A program made the translations under genes and the position numbers. A DNA stretch of 24,000 nucleotides from Verrucomicrobiota bacterium. GTDB taxonomy: Bacteria > Verrucomicrobiota > Verrucomicrobiia > Chthoniobacterales > UBA10450. The notes beneath the pieces are model-generated. The model was not told the DNA's origin and searched no databases. It saw nothing but the letters and a program-made list of their open reading frames with translations. The stretch lies in NCBI GenBank assembly GCA_003219195.1, contig QHPX01000082.1:6340-30339 (forward strand), read 5' to 3'. The first letter of the stretch is position 1. Every line of letters begins with the position of its first letter. Below, piece by piece: positions 1-8,223 of the stretch.

Positions 1-1518
1 CCCGGCACGGTCGGAACGGGTGACGATCCAGCGATAGGAATCGATAGCAACGGACGCGTTTATTTTGCTTTTTCCAACGCCGGCACTGCTGCGTCCGTCG
101 CTACATCCAGCGACTTCGGCGTTACCTGGCAAAACATCGTTAATGTAGGAGCAGTTTACGGAATAAACAACGCAGCGTTTCCAGCCGCAGTTGCCGGTGA
201 CGCCGGTCGCGCCGCTGTTGCTTACTATGGCGCGAACTCGGGGACGGGAGATTCGAATTCGGGGGCATTTACCGGCGTCTGGCATCTCTATGTGGCGCAC
301 ACATTCGATGGAGGATCGACATGGACGACCTCCGACGTGACACCGAGTTTGCCGATGCAGCGCAGCGGTATTTTAAGGGGCGGCGGCGCCGACATCGTTC
401 GGAACCTGCTCGACTTTTTCGACATCACGATTGATCGAGACGGTCGCGTTTTAGTGGGGTACGTGAACGGATGCTCAGGCGGCCCATGCGCGCAGGCAGC
501 GCCGACGGCACACGGCAACACATACAGCGCGACAGCGACAATCGCCCGGCAGTCCAGCGGCAGACGCATGCTTGCTGCCAAGGATCCTGCGAGCACCACG
601 TCCGTGCCCGGGATGCCATTCGTGACACAACGCAGAATCGGCCCTCTCGTCCACCTCGCATGGAATGAGGCCGATAACGGCAACTCGGCGATCAAGCGCT
701 ATCAGATATTGAGAGGAACGACGAGCGGCAGTGAGACTCTGCTGGCCAAGGTGTCGGGCAATCCGCCCGCGACGACTTATGACGACCTCACTGCGACTGA
801 CACGACCAAGACTTACTACTATAAGGTGATCGCGGTAAATGGCGTGGGATCATCATGCGGCAACGACGAAGTGGCGTCCCCATTCGTGGGCAGCCCGAGC
901 AGTGGAATGATTATCCACCAGAACGATCCGAGTCATCCGGAAGCCACCGGAGGAAGCGTGTCGCCGCCGCCCGCCCCTGAACTTCTGATTGACTATATTG
1001 CGGTCGGCGAGCCGACTGGAACGAGTAACCTGATGTTCACGATGAAAGTGGAGGATCTCTCCACTATACCGCCGAACAGCCGATGGAGGATCGCCTGGAA
1101 TTGGTGGACACCCACGAGTCAAATGTACTACATTGGAATGACGAGCGACCAGAACAGCGCGGTCACTTTCGAGTACGGCACGCTGGCGGACGCTGGCATT
1201 CCGGCCGTTCTCGTTCTCGGAGAGACGAAGGCTGGAGTGCCCGCTGGTAGTTTCAATACTGATGGCACAATTACGATGTTCGTGCCGAAGTCCGCTGTTG
1301 GAAATCCGCAGCCTGGAGATCTGATGGGCGCCATCGGTGGAAAGACAATCACCGGCGACACGCCAACCACGAATACTTTCGAGCGCTCGACCACGTTCGT
1401 GGACCACACCTTCATCAAAGGGCAAGCTGACAACTGCTATCCACCTGCGACATACACGGTGGCCGGCAATGGGCCGAGTCCAACGCCAACACCTACACCA
1501 AAGCCTCATAAAAAATGA
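1..1518 (+). CDS. Secreted Asp-box/BNR beta-propeller + FN3 + C-terminal beta-sandwich protein, paralog A (5' end lies outside the window)
   Basis: Frame 1 is open from base 1 (PGTVGTGDDPAIGIDSNGRVYFAF...), so track ORF 292..1518 is only the part after an internal Met. It aligns residue-for-residue with the C-terminal ~500 aa of the next gene (HLYVA-TFDGG--W, NLLDFFD, YQILRGT-SG-ETLL, IDYIAVGEP-GTSNLMF-MKV). It ends in PTPTPTPKPHKK*. Confidence 0.85.
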   Translation, partial: PGTVGTGDDPAIGIDSNGRVYFAFSNAGTAASVATSSDFGVTWQNIVNVGAVYGINNAAFPAAVAGDAGRAAVAYYGANSGTGDSNSGAFTGVWHLYVAHTFDGGSTWTTSDVTPSLPMQRSGILRGGGADIVRNLLDFFDITIDRDGRVLVGYVNGCSGGPCAQAAPTAHGNTYSATATIARQSSGRRMLAAKDPASTTSVPGMPFVTQRRIGPLVHLAWNEADNGNSAIKRYQILRGTTSGSETLLAKVSGNPPATTYDDLTATDTTKTYYYKVIAVNGVGSSCGNDEVASPFVGSPSSGMIIHQNDPSHPEATGGSVSPPPAPELLIDYIAVGEPTGTSNLMFTMKVEDLSTIPPNSRWRIAWNWWTPTSQMYYIGMTSDQNSAVTFEYGTLADAGIPAVLVLGETKAGVPAGSFNTDGTITMFVPKSAVGNPQPGDLMGAIGGKTITGDTPTTNTFERSTTFVDHTFIKGQADNCYPPATYTVAGNGPSPTPTPTPKPHKK

Positions 1519-1559
1519 CTGCTTCGAAACCTAAGCCAACTCACCGGCCGTACACTTAG
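1515..1559 (+). other. Conserved post-stop extension or mini-ORF in the -1 frame of paralog A (MTASKPKPTHRPYT*). ATG 1515 overlaps stop TGA 1516..1518 as ATGA.
   Basis: This is homologous to 4602..4646 and 8173..8223. Similarity between the three loci stops exactly at the shared -1-frame stop. Core substitutions fall on third codon positions of this frame. Confidence 0.35.
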
Positions 1560-1740
1560 CAGTGTGTCTCAGTTCAACCGACCAGATGTTTAAACAGCCT
1601 GCTTGAGAGTCGCAGGTCTTGATCGTCCGCGTAAGCTCGAGCTGAGTTTGCAACACGTATGCGGCCAGTTCTTTTCTGACTCTCGATTAAAGAATGAAGG
1701 CGGAATTACCGCCGTGAATCATCAATCGAAAGGATCTGCT

Positions 1741-4605
1741 ATGAAAAAAAGCTCCTCTTCAGTAACAGCTCGCGCCACCATCGGCACACTCCTTTTGCTG
1801 ACAGCCATTACCCTGGTTGTGTTCGCGCTCTTCGCAACCGGGCTACGCTCGGCGACGCCTAGCGCAGGTACACTTAACCCTGGCGGCCCGACCGTGAGTT
1901 GGGCGGGCACCGCGGCTGGCGGCGGTTCGCTGGACGAAAGCACATGCGTCGAAGGCGTAAACTGCGATACCTTCACCCTCACCTTATCCGGCACACCGAC
2001 TGATTGGACCGGCCTGAAAGCACGTATCGTCATTAGCTCTCCCGATCCTACGGGAGCTACCGATTACGATCTGTACGTGCACAAGGGCGACAACTCCGGA
2101 CCAGTGGTACCAGGCGGAATCTCGGCGAACAGCGGAACGCCCCCGGAAGTTGTCGATCTTGATCCGAGCGACCCCGCTATTGGCACCGGCCAGTTCTCTG
2201 TGCACGTGGTTTATTTTAGTGCCACTGCCGCCTTTCAGTATTCCGGCAGCGCCAGCGCAATATCTTCATCAACTGCGTCCGCACTAATTCCTACGGCGCC
2301 TCAGGATACAGGCCCGAAGATCGGGTTCCAGAACTTCAGCGCCCCGGGAACCTTGGTGCAAGTCGCATCGAGCAGCCAGGGACCTACAGCGCACACCGTG
2401 GAATACATGGGACATGACGCGGGCGAACCCTCCATTGGGAATCACTGGAGTACCGGCGTAACAAATTTTCAGTCGGACCTCCAAACGTTATTCATAAAGT
2501 TCGATGATACCTGCCCGTCAACCGGCCAGACTGCGACCTGGTATAACAGTGCGGCGCCGACATCTCTGTTCGTCGATTCTGACCCGATCGGCTTCACCGA
2601 TCGTCAAACCGGTCGGGTATTCGCAGGAGAGCTGACTCTGCTATCACCGACGTGCAAGGTGTCATTTACAGATACAGACGGTCTTGATGCATTGGGGCAA
2701 CCGGATCAAGCCGGTTGGACGCCGAGCGAGGGAAGCGGCATCCCGTCAAGTGTCGACCACGAAACAATCGGGGGTGGTCCGTATCACGCGCCGATTCCTG
2801 CACGTCCGCCGGGCACGATCTATCCCAACGCCGTCTATTATGCCTCCCAGTCGCTGGTCGTGCTCAATGTCCCGCAAGCGTCCAGGAGCGATGATGGTGG
2901 ACTGACATTTGGGCCATCCGTCTTGACAACGTCGGCCTGTGGCGGCCTGCACGGCCACATCAAGGTTGCACCGGACGGCACCGTCTTCATCCCGAACAAT
3001 AGCTGTAGTGGCGAGGGCGCTGTGTTGGTGTCGGAAGATAATGGGATCACATGGAGCATACGCACGGTGCCCGGCACTACCTCTAACCCCGCCCTACAAG
3101 ACCCGCAGGTTGGCATTGATAATAACGGCCGAGTCTATTTTGTAATGTCCAGTGCTACTAGCACTGGCTCTCAGGCAGTTGTCGCAACATCGGACGACCA
3201 TGGTGTGACGTGGAACAACGTCTTTGACGTGGGCGCGATTTATAAATTGCAAAACGTGTTTTATCCTGCAGCGGTGGCAGCCGACGCAGGCCGTGCCTCC
3301 GTCGCCTTCTACGGCTCAACGACAGGTGGAGACGGCTCGGCAAACAGTTTCAATGGTGTCTGGCATCTCTACGTTGCAAATACATTCGACGGAGGATTGC
3401 ACTGGACGACGACTGACGTAACTCCGAACGACCCGATGCAACGCGGTTGTATATGGGCGCATGGCGGTGCCGATATCTGCCGCAATCTGCTCGACTTCTT
3501 CGACATGACCGTTGACAGCGAGGGTCGCGTCGAAGTGGGGTACGTAGATGGGTGCGCCGATGGCACCTGCGCTCAGGCAGCGCTCACCGCAAAGGGCAAC
3601 GCCTACACGGCGAGAGGTGTAATCGCGCGACAGTCGAGCGGACGCCGGCTGATCGCAAGCTTCGATCCGCCGAAGCCGCTAAGCGCTAAGTCGGCACCCG
3701 GCATGCCGTCGGTCACAGAGCGACGCGTCAATTCAGTAGTCCACCTCGCATGGTCGGAGGCCGATACCGGCAATTCCACAATTAAAAAATATCAGATATT
3801 GAGAGGCACAGCGAGTGGCGCTGAGACTCTGCTGACGACCGTTTCGGGAAGTCAAACAACTTATGACGACCTGACCGCCACCACTATTGGCACGACTTAC
3901 TATTACAAAGTGCAGGCGGTTAATAGCGTCGGCGCATCATGCGCTAACAATGAGATCGCCGCGCCCTACGTGGGTGACACATGCAGTGGCTTGATTGTCC
4001 AGCAAACTCCGACGGGACATCCGGAACAGACGGCGCAAGGGCAAGCTCCTGCCTCGCTTGCCATCGACTACATCGCAGTCGGTGAGCCGCCCGGAACAAG
4101 CAACCTCATGTTCAAGATGAAAGTAACGAGCCTCAGCTCACTGCCGACCAGCAGCCGCTGGAGGATGGTCTGGAACTCGTACGCGTCGCCAGGCGAACAG
4201 TTCTACGTTGGCATGAGAACGGATCAGAACGGAGCTGTCACCTTTGAGTATGGGACTGTCGCCACCGCCGTCGTCGGTCTGGTGATTGGCGTCCCGACAG
4301 AAACTCCAATCGGAGCCTTGCCCGGAAGCAGCTTTAACGCTGACGGAACGATCACGCTCATCGTCTCCAAATCCGCCGTCGGCAATCCACAGCCCGGTGA
4401 TCTGCTCGGAGCCGTTAACGGAAGGACGTTCACCGGCGATACCAGCGAGACTCAAAACTTGGAGCGTTCGACCCTGCTGGTAGACCATACGTTCGTTAAA
4501 GCGCAGAGGGACAATGGCCATCCGGCGGCCACATACATGTTGGTCGGCAATGTCGCTTGTGGAGGGGCTACTCCTACACCCACACCAAAGCCTCATAAGA
4601 AATAA
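1741..4605 (+). CDS. Secreted PPC-like + Asp-box/BNR beta-propeller + FN3 + beta-sandwich protein, paralog B
   Basis: ATG 1741 is preceded by GAAAGGA (1728..1734). The N-terminus MKKSSSSVTARATIGTLLLLTAITLVVFALFA looks like a signal peptide. DYDLYV sits in the N-terminal beta-sandwich. Asp-box-like motifs are SDDGGLTF, SEDNGITW, SDDHGVTW and TFDGGLHW. The FN3-like segment is HLAWSEADTGNSTIKKYQILRGT...YYYKVQAVNSVG. The tail is TPTPTPKPHKK*. The track start 1603 (TTG) would add 46 residues with no signal-peptide character. Confidence 0.85.
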   Translation: MKKSSSSVTARATIGTLLLLTAITLVVFALFATGLRSATPSAGTLNPGGPTVSWAGTAAGGGSLDESTCVEGVNCDTFTLTLSGTPTDWTGLKARIVISSPDPTGATDYDLYVHKGDNSGPVVPGGISANSGTPPEVVDLDPSDPAIGTGQFSVHVVYFSATAAFQYSGSASAISSSTASALIPTAPQDTGPKIGFQNFSAPGTLVQVASSSQGPTAHTVEYMGHDAGEPSIGNHWSTGVTNFQSDLQTLFIKFDDTCPSTGQTATWYNSAAPTSLFVDSDPIGFTDRQTGRVFAGELTLLSPTCKVSFTDTDGLDALGQPDQAGWTPSEGSGIPSSVDHETIGGGPYHAPIPARPPGTIYPNAVYYASQSLVVLNVPQASRSDDGGLTFGPSVLTTSACGGLHGHIKVAPDGTVFIPNNSCSGEGAVLVSEDNGITWSIRTVPGTTSNPALQDPQVGIDNNGRVYFVMSSATSTGSQAVVATSDDHGVTWNNVFDVGAIYKLQNVFYPAAVAADAGRASVAFYGSTTGGDGSANSFNGVWHLYVANTFDGGLHWTTTDVTPNDPMQRGCIWAHGGADICRNLLDFFDMTVDSEGRVEVGYVDGCADGTCAQAALTAKGNAYTARGVIARQSSGRRLIASFDPPKPLSAKSAPGMPSVTERRVNSVVHLAWSEADTGNSTIKKYQILRGTASGAETLLTTVSGSQTTYDDLTATTIGTTYYYKVQAVNSVGASCANNEIAAPYVGDTCSGLIVQQTPTGHPEQTAQGQAPASLAIDYIAVGEPPGTSNLMFKMKVTSLSSLPTSSRWRMVWNSYASPGEQFYVGMRTDQNGAVTFEYGTVATAVVGLVIGVPTETPIGALPGSSFNADGTITLIVSKSAVGNPQPGDLLGAVNGRTFTGDTSETQNLERSTLLVDHTFVKAQRDNGHPAATYMLVGNVACGGATPTPTPKPHKK

Positions 4606-4646
4606 CTACTCCAAAGCCTAAGCCAACTCACCCTCCACATCCTTAA
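4602..4646 (+). other. Conserved post-stop -1-frame extension of paralog B (ITTPKPKPTHPPHP*); it has no ATG, with ATA at the homologous position
   Basis: Same alignment as 1515..1559 and 8173..8223, with TAA at the position that is TAG in the other two. The parent gene stop here is TAA 4603..4605. Confidence 0.3.
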
Positions 4647-4927
4647 CCGTTTCTTATCTAAAACGGCTGGCGATTAAACAGCGCGCTGAAACGTTGCTGC
4701 TGTTGTTCTGGCACCTCAACAGCGATCTTGTGATGTTGTTGTGTGTTCCCGGGGACTAATTTTTCTTTTCAAAAGCTGAGCGACCTTCTCGTACAGATAC
4801 TTTTTCGCGATTCGCGGAAGTAATTGTCGATCTCAACTTTCGTCGGGATCGCCGAAAAATCCTTCCCCGAGAGGCGTCCAACCGAGCCCGGGTTCTTCGA
4901 TTCCTCATACGTAACACAGGAGATCTC

Positions 4928-7900
4928 ATGAAAAAAAATCCTGCTTCGCAGTCCGGCCTTTTCAATCCCCGCGTCTTGTTAGCTTTTTGCCTTTGTTCAG
5001 TTGGCGGCTTGCTAGCTATGCTCAGCTTTGCGTCAACACCGTCGAGCGGAACGCTGACCGACACGTCCGGCCCCGTGACTTACACGGCCGGGCCATTTTT
5101 CGTAGCGAATCCCACTCCGGTGATCGAGGTTGACAGTGGCCCGGAATGCAACGGTTCGCTTCAGCCTTGCGACGATTACGCGTTGACGGTGACTCTGCCG
5201 TCTGGTTATGCCGCCGCGCATCCAAACGCCGCGATCAAGGCCACCATGAGCTGGACCGATAACGGCAGCGGCGCCTCGGACTACGACCTTTACATCTACA
5301 AAAATCCCCGCGGCGATTGCAGCCCCCAAGATTGCACGACCACAGACGGTTCCGAGGCGGCTGATTACCAATCGGCGAGCAGCGCTAACCCTGAGATCGC
5401 AACCATCAGCCCGCTGGCCGATGGCACTCAGAAGTACACCGTGGTGGTCGTGCCGTTCACACCGACTGGCGAAAGCGTCCATGTGACAATCGAATTACTG
5501 CCGGGTTCCGGGAGCGGGGGCGGCGGCACCGGCTTCGGAGGGCCCGATCCAACCACCCCGGGCGTTCCGCGCTACCAGAATTTTTATGCGCCCGCCAGTA
5601 GCTCTGCCGAAACCAGTAACGGCGAGTTCAACATTGGATTCAATCCTCACACCGGCCGAATCATGACGATGAATATCGGCCCGATCTGGCGCCTGACTCC
5701 GCCGGAGCGTTTGTCGCAAGCGCAGCCCGAGTGCTGCGAGGCGCTCTGGGAAGACAAAACCAATCTCACCACCATAACAGGTCTTGATCCAATCCTATTT
5801 ACCGATCAGAAGACCGGCCGCACTTTTGCCTCCAATTCCACTGTTGGCGCTAACGCTGTTTACGGATACAGCGACAATGACGGAGATCTATGGGTGCCGC
5901 TAGCTGCTTCACCGGCCAGCGGCGGCACCGATCATGAAACCATAGGCAGCGGTCCGTATCCCCCTGCGTTGAGCGCACTCTCAAACGCAGTCAATCAGGG
6001 GGAGGCAGTGTACTACTGCTCTCAATCATTCCCTCTCGGTCCCGCCACCTGCCAACGTAGCGATACCTTAGGTGCCAGTTATGGCCCGGGCGTACTGGCA
6101 TATGAAGGCAACGGTATCACGCAGTGCAGCGGTTTGCACGGCCATGTTCATGTCGCGCCGGATGGCACAGTCTGGCTGCCGGTCAATCAGTGCGGCGGCA
6201 AGCAGGGCGGCGCGCTGAGTACAGACGCAGGCACAACTTGGCAGGAGTTCATCGTCACGGGCAGCATCTCGCAGACCCAAGGCGCCGATCCTTCGATCGC
6301 GATCGACTCTGATAGCACCGTTTACTACGCCTATGTCAACAATGAGCCGGTCGCCGCGGGGAATCCGCCTGAAGGTCACGCGCGCGTCAAGGTAGGTCAC
6401 CGCAATCCAGATAACAGTGTCACCTGGACTAATGACTTCGACATCGGCGCATCTCACGGCATCGTGAACGCAGCGGAGATCGAGGCCGTAGGCGGCAGCT
6501 CCGGCCGTGCCGCGGTCGGCTTCCTTGGCACCAATGTCGCGGGCGATTACCAGGCGATAAGTTTCCCGGGCAAATGGTACGCCTTCATCGCCACCACTTC
6601 TGACGGTGGCCAAACCTGGACGACGGTCAACGCGACTCCGAATGATCCTGTTCAAAGCATGACCGGTGTCTGGCAGCAAGGGGGCAACCATCAAGACCGC
6701 AATCTTCTTGACTTCAATGAAATCACCGTGGACGACAAAGGTCGAGTGCTCTACGGCTACAGCGACGGCTGCGTGACGGAAGGCTGTATCGCCGGCACCG
6801 CGCCCAACGATTTTGTTGCCTTCATGCGCGTTGCACGTCAGTCCGGAGGCAAGAGTTTGTTCGCAAGTTTTGACACTGCGGAACCCGTAGCGCCGAAACC
6901 TCCTTGCCTCTCCGGCACACGCGATCCCTCCGCTTCCCATCTCACTTGGAAGGCCCCGGACAACGGCGGCTCTGACGTTGGTAACTACCAGATCTTGCGC
7001 GGAACATCGCCGGGTGCGGAGGCGCTGCTAGGCCAGACCGACAAAACCACCTTCGACGACACCACCGCCGATCCCGCTGTGTCACACTATTATTATGTGG
7101 TTAAGGCGATCAATGCCATCGGCACTAGTAGTTCGAGCAACGAAGTGGACCTAACAGTGGTCGTACCGCCGCCGCCAGAAAATGTCTGCGCGCTGCCTGG
7201 CCTGACCAAGCTCACGGACCCCGCTGGTGACACGTACATTTTAATCAACTTTGGGGTGCCTACTCCGGCCCCACCAGGTGCGGACCTGCTTTCCTTCCAA
7301 ATCGCTCAGCCTTATGCCGAGGACAATGTCATCAGGCTGGCGTTCACCATTAACACCGACAACGGCCAGTCGCCCCAGCCCCTGGGTACGTCCTGGTATG
7401 TCGCAATGAAGATACCTGACCCCGCCCCGGCAACGACTTTCCATTACCGTGCCGTGCACATGACTTGGAACGGCACCACGCCGACCTTCGAGTCCTATAC
7501 GCCGGCCCCCAACGGCAGCGGGGGAGTTGATGGCCGCTTTGTAACTGCCGGCAGTCAGAAGCCGGCCGAGCCGAGCAGTGGTTACGCCCCGCCATTTAAC
7601 AAGGTCGTCATTGTGGTCAAGGCGAGTGACCTTGGCTTGAACCCCGGCGACACCATCAGCGGCTTCGTTTCAGCAGTGTCGCAGACTGCGGGCGGTGTAA
7701 TCACGGGGTTGTATGATGACATGCCCGACAGTCTCGCCTTTACTGGCACCTACACCGTGAACAGCAACCAGTTCTGCAGGCCAAACGCTGCGCCGACAGC
7801 GGTGTTAACGGCAACGCCTACCTCGGGCACTGCGCCATTGACCGTGAACTTCGACGGCTCAGGTTCATACGATCCGGATACTGCGCCGCCGCCAGACACC

Positions 7901-8176
7901 ATCGCCTCCTATACCTTCAGCTTCGGCGATGGCTCATCTGCGGTCACACAATCCACGCCGACTATTTCACACATCTACAATGCGGCAGGTAATTATCCTG
8001 CACAACTCACCGTCACTGATTCCCGTGGACTACAAAGCACAAACACCGCACAGGTCGTGATCTCGGTCGCTCCAGCTAAGAAAGGCCATGGAAAGCCGAC
8101 CCCCACACCGACGCCAACTCCAACTGCAACGCCAAGTCCAACTCCCACGCCTACACCGAAGCCTCATAAAAAATGA
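4928..8176 (+). CDS. Secreted PPC-like + Asp-box/BNR beta-propeller + FN3 + beta-sandwich + PKD-domain protein, paralog C
   Basis: ATG 4928 is preceded by AGGAG (4918..4922). The signal peptide is MKKNPASQSGLFNPRVLLAFCLCSVGGLLAMLSFA. It has DYDLYIY; the Asp-box-like motifs SDNDGDLW, STDAGTTW and TSDGGQTW; NLLDFNE; and the FN3 segment LTWKAPDNGGSDVGNYQILRGTSPG...YYYVVKAINAIG. A PKD-like domain (TAPLTVNFDGSGSYDPD...YTFSFGDGS...HIYNAAGNYPAQLTVTDSRG) spans about 7781..8068. A long PT linker leads to the tail TPTPTPKPHKK*. Confidence 0.85.
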   Translation: MKKNPASQSGLFNPRVLLAFCLCSVGGLLAMLSFASTPSSGTLTDTSGPVTYTAGPFFVANPTPVIEVDSGPECNGSLQPCDDYALTVTLPSGYAAAHPNAAIKATMSWTDNGSGASDYDLYIYKNPRGDCSPQDCTTTDGSEAADYQSASSANPEIATISPLADGTQKYTVVVVPFTPTGESVHVTIELLPGSGSGGGGTGFGGPDPTTPGVPRYQNFYAPASSSAETSNGEFNIGFNPHTGRIMTMNIGPIWRLTPPERLSQAQPECCEALWEDKTNLTTITGLDPILFTDQKTGRTFASNSTVGANAVYGYSDNDGDLWVPLAASPASGGTDHETIGSGPYPPALSALSNAVNQGEAVYYCSQSFPLGPATCQRSDTLGASYGPGVLAYEGNGITQCSGLHGHVHVAPDGTVWLPVNQCGGKQGGALSTDAGTTWQEFIVTGSISQTQGADPSIAIDSDSTVYYAYVNNEPVAAGNPPEGHARVKVGHRNPDNSVTWTNDFDIGASHGIVNAAEIEAVGGSSGRAAVGFLGTNVAGDYQAISFPGKWYAFIATTSDGGQTWTTVNATPNDPVQSMTGVWQQGGNHQDRNLLDFNEITVDDKGRVLYGYSDGCVTEGCIAGTAPNDFVAFMRVARQSGGKSLFASFDTAEPVAPKPPCLSGTRDPSASHLTWKAPDNGGSDVGNYQILRGTSPGAEALLGQTDKTTFDDTTADPAVSHYYYVVKAINAIGTSSSSNEVDLTVVVPPPPENVCALPGLTKLTDPAGDTYILINFGVPTPAPPGADLLSFQIAQPYAEDNVIRLAFTINTDNGQSPQPLGTSWYVAMKIPDPAPATTFHYRAVHMTWNGTTPTFESYTPAPNGSGGVDGRFVTAGSQKPAEPSSGYAPPFNKVVIVVKASDLGLNPGDTISGFVSAVSQTAGGVITGLYDDMPDSLAFTGTYTVNSNQFCRPNAAPTAVLTATPTSGTAPLTVNFDGSGSYDPDTAPPPDTIASYTFSFGDGSSAVTQSTPTISHIYNAAGNYPAQLTVTDSRGLQSTNTAQVVISVAPAKKGHGKPTPTPTPTPTATPSPTPTPTPKPHKK

Positions 8177-8223
8177 CTGCTCCGGTGCCAAAGCCCAAGC
8201 CAACTCATCGGCCACACTTTTAG
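8173..8223 (+). other. Conserved post-stop -1-frame extension or mini-ORF of paralog C (MTAPVPKPKPTHRPHF*). ATG 8173 overlaps stop TGA 8174..8176.
   Basis: Homologous to 1515..1559 and 4602..4646. It differs from them by a 6-nt (in-frame) insertion and ends with TAG at the shared aligned position. Confidence 0.35.

Noticed and set aside
1516-1518. TGA stops of paralogs A (1516) and C (8174) read as selenocysteine or read-through codons, given the nearby Sec machinery
   Set aside because: Paralog B has TAA at the homologous codon, and no SECIS-like AGUUU hairpin follows. The frame-0 read-through tails diverge and end at different positions, whereas the -1 frame shows the coding-like conservation.
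1507-1526. Resemblance of the 3' junction cataaaaaatgactgcttcg to the paralog C start catgaaaaaaaatcctgcttcg (4927..4948), hinting that the post-stop region is a relic of a following gene start
   Set aside because: The match is only an A-run plus an 8-mer. The conserved core (aagcctaagccaactcac) has no counterpart after the real start codons, so I treat it as coincidence.
1603-1740. N-terminal extension of paralog B from TTG 1603
   Set aside because: The 46 extra residues precede a canonical MKK + hydrophobic signal peptide that has its own SD at 1728..1734. The paralog C start is homologous to ATG 1741.
6068-6940. 290-aa minus-strand ORF inside paralog C, and similar ORFs at 853..1509, 4138..4596 and 5033..5482
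   Set aside because: These are antisense shadow ORFs typical of GC-rich coding DNA. Their products are Arg/Ala-rich junk, and the opposite strand has clear domain content.
8096-8160. Repetitive ccn-acn DNA (PTPTPT) considered as a tandem repeat, VNTR or CRISPR-like array
   Set aside because: It is an in-frame Pro/Thr linker with imperfect codon-level repetition. There is no spacer-repeat structure.
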